The position numbers were made by a program, and so were the translations under genes. The notes under the pieces are model-generated. The model was not told the origin of the DNA. It ran no database searches and worked only from the letters and a program-made list of their open reading frames with translations. From Octopus vulgaris (Eukaryota), in assembly GCA_951406725.2 (NCBI GenBank), contig OX597835.1, positions 992,001-1,056,000 of the forward strand: a DNA stretch of 64,000 nucleotides. Reading direction: 5' to 3'. Every line of letters begins with the position of its first letter. The first letter of the stretch is position 1. This document shows positions 60,901-64,000 of this stretch, piece by piece.

Positions 60901-63900
60901 AATTATCTTTTGGTTTTAGGAATTTACAACTTATTCTTCTATATTTTCTAAATTTTTAAGGATCTTGTGACACAGTTTTGAATGTTTCTATCATATTATT
61001 GTATTTTATTCACTATTATTCAACCATTTCTATTTATTTTAATTTATTTTAGTTTACAAAATATCCTTGATTTTTATTTCCTTTTATTTTAATTTATAAT
61101 TTTGTGTGGCCACCTAATTTAGGGAGGAGTCAGCTTACTGCATTTAGCCAAAGAAAGGGTAAGAGGTTGCTGAACAAATGAACAAACAGAACTATAAATT
61201 ACGGACAGTGACTTAACAAATTAAAGAAACCACACCTCTTTTTGCAGTTGATCTAAGAGAGACATGTGATTGACAGTTTGAAAAGCGTTTTAACCACTCC
61301 TACTCAGTTTGTAACTCAGTCATACATTCTTTGTCCTGTAACGGTTGATACACAATACTAAATCTATTTCGATAACAAGCAGTCGTGTACCTGATGTGAA
61401 GGCAGATTAACCCCTGATTTGCTGGATTTTCTACTTCTGAAACACATGTACAGAACTCTGACTATCCATATATCCCATAAGTATAGTCCACCCTTGAGTA
61501 TAATACGCAGGGGATTTTTAGGGGGCTGTACCTCTGAAAAACCTAAACCTTGTGTTTAATATGCACCACTTCTCTAACTTGAGTTGTGCATAATTAAGCC
61601 AGCAGTACCTAGTCGAACAAACACTTCCATGCATCTCTCTATATATAAAAGGCAAAATGTCTGTGTGTGTCCTTTATACAAATCCACAATCTTTCAGTTA
61701 GAGGGCTCGCACTTTCTATGGTCATTCGAAACCGTCCAAGGGTGGTTGTGCACATCTTTACATTTCCCCAGTCACCCTGCAAAGCCATTAAAAAATCAAT
61801 AGAAGTGACTTTTTTGTGAATTTTCTATCCAAAACCGAATCAAAATGCCAGAAACTTGATACGCCAATCGAATACCAGCTAGCTGTGTGTGATTGGTTCG
61901 AGATTTGGACAGTACTCGCGTGTATGTGCGCACGCACACAGCTGTATATGCAAGCACTAGCACTATGACCTGGCGTTGCCGGGTCATAGTGATAGTATAT
62001 GTATATATGATTATATATATATATGACGGGCTTCTTTCAATTTCTGTCTACCAAATCTACTCACAAGGTTTTGGTCGGCTCATGGCTATAGAAGACAGTT
62101 GTCCAAGGTACCACGCAGTGAGATTGAACCCGGAAGTACGTGGTTGGGAAGCAAGCTCCTTGTGTGTAATACAATAATGGTGATGTTCTCAACTGTTATA
62201 TGGGAATGTAAATATGTTTGCAAATTGTTTTTTTTTACATGTTATTCTGTGTTCTGAATACATTTATTTTAATCAATGTTGCTTACTTCAAGTTATGGAT
62301 GATTCTTTTATGATTTCATTGCTTTCATGCTTAGCTTAAGATATTTTCACGCCCGACATCACAAAATGTGTCTGAATAAACATTGCTGGACAGCAAACAG
62401 AGACTCGGACATTGCTTAGAAAATATTTTTCATTTTTAACCTCGTATATAGTACGCACTAGGGATTTTGACCTTTAAATTTGGGGGGGAAAATGCGGATT
62501 ATACTTGAGGATTTACGGTATTTATTGCATACTGTGCAATGCAAGCTGCTATTGAATTCAGAGTTGTGTAGCACTCGTCATCTTGTTAAAATTATTCTAT
62601 TAATTTTGGAAAAGGATGAAGGGAATCATACATTTTAATTAATAAATGTTATTCTGAGCTGAAATTCTGATGAGAATGACATTGCCTGTCATCCTTAAAG
62701 GGTCAATAAAATAATTACCTGTCAAATACTGGGATTGATGTAATCAACTTGCCTTCCCCTCAAAAATACTAGCGCTGTGCCAAAATCTGAAACTGGTATT
62801 ATTAAGTTCCCACCAGTTTTTGGAAATTTATAAAAACAAAGATTACCTTTAATATTTTTTGGTACTGTCCAGCAGCCAAAGAGTTACTGTTCACAGGACT
62901 TGAAACAAATAACTAAAAAATAGAATGAAATGAAAGGCCATTTGTAAGAAGTGGGATAAAAGGTTATGTGGTAAGTGAAGTTGGTGGGGAGAGTAGAAAT
63001 AGCGAAAAAAGAAATAAAGTGAAAAAAAAAGGATGTTGAGAAGTAGAAAGGGAAATAGAGGCAATTGAGGTGTTGATGAGGCAAAAGTACAGAGAAATGT
63101 AAGGATTATTAATCAATGGGTAAGTGGGAATGAAAAGTTGAAACATTAGAAGGCTCCGAATTTAAAATGGTCATAGACATTTCAGAGACAGAGAGATCAA
63201 TAGATAGATCCGTTTCCTTGTCAATATCATCAGCTGACTAACCACTAACACAATCAAGTCTCTCTGTGTGCTTGTCTGACTCTTTTCCACAACTTATTTA
63301 CTATTCTTTTTATAAGCTGTAGTAAGCACACTCAAAGCGTGACTGATTTTCAATCAACAATTTTGGATTCGTTTGAATTTTCACTGACATCAGTCAAAGA
63401 ATATGACTTGTAGTTGTTGAGCATCGTTGCTTAGGTTTCTCTTGACACCAACACATCTGTGAACTACTTTGATCTGATTCCAAAGATTACTACAAGACCC
63501 TTGGTCAGACTATTGCTGACATGACAAACTACAGGTTACAACTTTTCATATTAGGAATCCCAAAGAATTCCAAGTTTGAATCACAGCAGAGATCTGCTAC
63601 AGACTGTTTTCAGTTGAACTCACAAAATACATTGAGGCAATAAGTACCAAACGGCGGTTCACAGGTTTGTTAAAGCAATGGTGAACTCAAAAAGGAATAT
63701 TAGAAAAGGAAGGAAGGCAGAGAAGAGGGAAAGGGTGAAAGCAAGAGGGAAAGGAAAGAAAAGAAAGGAAGAAAGAAAAGAAAGAAAGAAAAGAAGAAAG
63801 GATTGAATAAAGGAGGTAAATAAGAGGTTTATATACTAACTTGTTGCAGATATGTTACCATATCTTTAATCTCGGTAGAAAGTGTTACTTGACCAGTTTT

Positions 63901-63956
63901 TGGTGGGGGAGTCCACTCTGATGACTTAGACTCTTCATAATCCATTGCAAAATCTT
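37064..63956 (-). CDS. INTS1: Integrator complex subunit 1, C-terminal ~860 aa (18 coding exons; 5' part outside the window)
   Basis: Exons in transcription order: 63841-63956, 62847-62912, 60408-60461, 58637-58732, 57092-57305, 56438-56576, 55941-56306, 54703-54790, 53139-53395, 52386-52515, 50073-50206, 48622-48811, 48001-48128, 46069-46283, 44542-44612, 41887-41978, 38644-38753, 37064-37179. All join in frame. Motifs LFVDWLELIDPEV, YLLALLTHQSHW, DPTSVLDFLWACIHIPKLWQG, RKLAAEHPLLILRQLPLIAALLQG, LKSLLAGLSLP and SALRNLAEFVALCQEHA match vertebrate INTS1 as I recall it. Confidence 0.95.
37402..37781 (-). mobile_element. Full-length tRNA-derived SINE
   Basis: Reverse complement of the 24798-25253 family. 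Confidence 0.85.
38644..38753 (-). CDS. INTS1: INTS1 exon
   Basis: NGSQYVPVLVQCLGDDSPDIVISALRNLAEFVALCQ; AG/GT boundaries. Confidence 0.93.
39275..39395. repeat. 35-bp minisatellite, ~3.3 copies
   Basis: Unit CCATGTGTCACCCCAGTGGTCTCTCCACGATTACC. Confidence 0.9.
40880..41340 (-). mobile_element. Degenerate Penelope-like reverse transcriptase fragment
   Basis: ...WIRKSRQNCFDITMNS...GSLYRDN resembles the PLE RT FDVTMGS / GLYRDDG motifs. Confidence 0.65.
41640..41860. mobile_element. piggyBac-like MITE
   Basis: TTAA on both sides and 12-bp TIRs CCCTTTCGTTAC / GTAACGAAAGGG. Confidence 0.85.
41887..41978 (-). CDS. INTS1: INTS1 exon
   Basis: ADLKRLMADLNDECRSYAYTMVMRSIRQNPS. Confidence 0.92.
43529..43625. 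repeat. 33-bp minisatellite, 3 copies
   Basis: Unit CATCCACCCCTGCTACTGACTTGGTCACCTGAC. Confidence 0.9.
44542..44612 (-). CDS. INTS1: INTS1 exon
   Basis: EILGVLQDLDEASKRKVNILDNFQ. Confidence 0.92.
46069..46283 (-). CDS. INTS1: INTS1 exon
   Basis: VVSNYYPDLSVLKSLLAGLSLPRQ...LAPFFARLSKDSPKA. Confidence 0.92.
48001..48128 (-). CDS. INTS1: INTS1 exon
   Basis: NHGQEYKNLSSIIVKFIQFLQRFVLHEPNRAVHILQKYIELL. Confidence 0.91.
48622..48811 (-). CDS. INTS1: INTS1 exon
   Basis: QLPLIAALLQGKTHFTIGEMRSRNYLLLFSYVLGLLEFLEPHIFRKEH...FSLIK. Confidence 0.94.
49125..49342 (-). mobile_element. Mariner MITE
   Basis: TA-TTGGGTTGTC...GACAACCCAA-TA TIRs; internal transposase C-terminus WEEGIFKLKERWRCIVQQNGSYLVD-stop. 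Confidence 0.85.
50073..50206 (-). CDS. INTS1: INTS1 exon
   Basis: LDHISHRLLSALGNALPGKAAENRMYDANNASRKLAAEHPLLILR. Confidence 0.94.
52386..52515 (-). CDS. INTS1: INTS1 exon
   Basis: SLSNLYQHTLLELYLQYPYLLSWLQDTSLLLGDVQTTQKCASQ. Confidence 0.9.
53139..53395 (-). CDS. INTS1: INTS1 exon
   Basis: SFTSDDVLGLRLEQICTVVDYVVQEASE...INCRIELVKNCL...EKYALSS. Confidence 0.9.
54703..54790 (-). CDS. INTS1: INTS1 exon
   Basis: HDPTSVLDFLWACIHIPKLWQGQERKGQK. Confidence 0.94.
55941..56306 (-). CDS. INTS1: INTS1 exon (with polyQ/polyS insert)
   Basis: LAVPSSAAWLFVDWLELIDPEVIHNAPDLQMLLLF...QQQQQQQSESSSSSS...YLLALLTHQSHWGTLHRCISYLL. Confidence 0.93.
56438..56576 (-). CDS. INTS1: INTS1 exon
   Basis: FKKLGLEKDPLFESVVECCMKNQIKTQKMCSITKVACRMLKDNQLG; open frame, phases fit, TAG/GTAAGT boundaries. 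Confidence 0.82.
57092..57305 (-). CDS. INTS1: INTS1 exon
   Basis: RQLQDSLRQMMEQLWSLCKGHRSPVAAVVNQY...EEDKTVS; CAG/GTGAGT boundaries. Confidence 0.85.
57719..58116 (+). mobile_element. Non-autonomous Helitron-like element
   Basis: A|TC start, terminal hairpin, CTAG|T end. Confidence 0.7.
58637..58732 (-). CDS. INTS1: INTS1 exon
   Basis: ILNSPQQEVFVEQMLKSANKAGPLLKLLIAKQ. Confidence 0.87.
60408..60461 (-). CDS. INTS1: INTS1 small exon
   Basis: SLTSSNEVALNITKALSL; CAG/GTAAGT boundaries, phase 0-0. Confidence 0.8.
61634..61995 (+). mobile_element. Helitron-like element nested in a pogo/Tigger-like MITE (~61465-62520)
   Basis: TCTCTCTATATATAAAA start; hairpin CTATGACCTGGCGTTGCCGGGTCATAG at the end. 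The host has CTTGAGTATAATACGCA / TGCGGATTATACTTGAGG inverted ends. Confidence 0.6.
62847..62912 (-). CDS. INTS1: INTS1 small exon
   Basis: LFVSSPVNSNSLAAGQYQKILK; polypyrimidine tract + TAG, GTAATC donor, phase 0-0. Confidence 0.75.
63841..63956 (-). CDS. INTS1: INTS1 exon (most 5' exon in the window)
   Basis: DFAMDYEESKSSEWTPPPKTGQVTLSTEIKDMVTYLQQ; CAG/GTTAGT boundaries. Confidence 0.75.
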
Positions 63957-64000
63957 CTGATCAACGAAAAAAAACAAAAAAACAACAGTTCACCAGATAA

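Noticed and set aside
61391-61436. Possible extra 46-nt INTS1 exon (ttcag...cag/gtacac)
   Set aside because: Weak donor and incompatible phase; the flanking exons already join in frame.
62666-62695. CTGATGA followed by a small hairpin
   Set aside because: No GAAA/UH; a mutated part of the common short SINE.

Overview
AT-rich, repeat-dense eukaryotic genomic DNA. The SINE, LINE and MITE families look like those of an octopus or other coleoid cephalopod; this is my inference from recalled repeat families. Two spliced genes lie tail-to-tail. (1) A complete CIAO3/NARFL (Nar1-like cytosolic Fe-S assembly factor) gene on the + strand, 9 coding exons at 5543-30788, 486 aa when spliced by hand. (2) The 3' part of INTS1 (Integrator subunit 1) on the - strand, 18 coding exons at 63956-37064, about 860 aa, continuing beyond the window. 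All exon phases were checked by hand and join in frame with GT-AG sites. Introns and intergenic DNA hold tRNA-derived SINEs, RTE and REL-type LINE fragments, a Gypsy pol remnant, Penelope-like elements, Tc1/mariner and piggyBac-like MITEs, Helitron-like elements and microsatellites. The most notable hidden signal is a set of minimal type I hammerhead ribozyme folds in several unrelated repeat families. Their catalytic-core 3:8 pair covaries (C3:G8, G3:C8, U3:A8), and several sit next to an inverted copy of themselves. Repeat boundaries are approximate, and no searches or folding programs were run.
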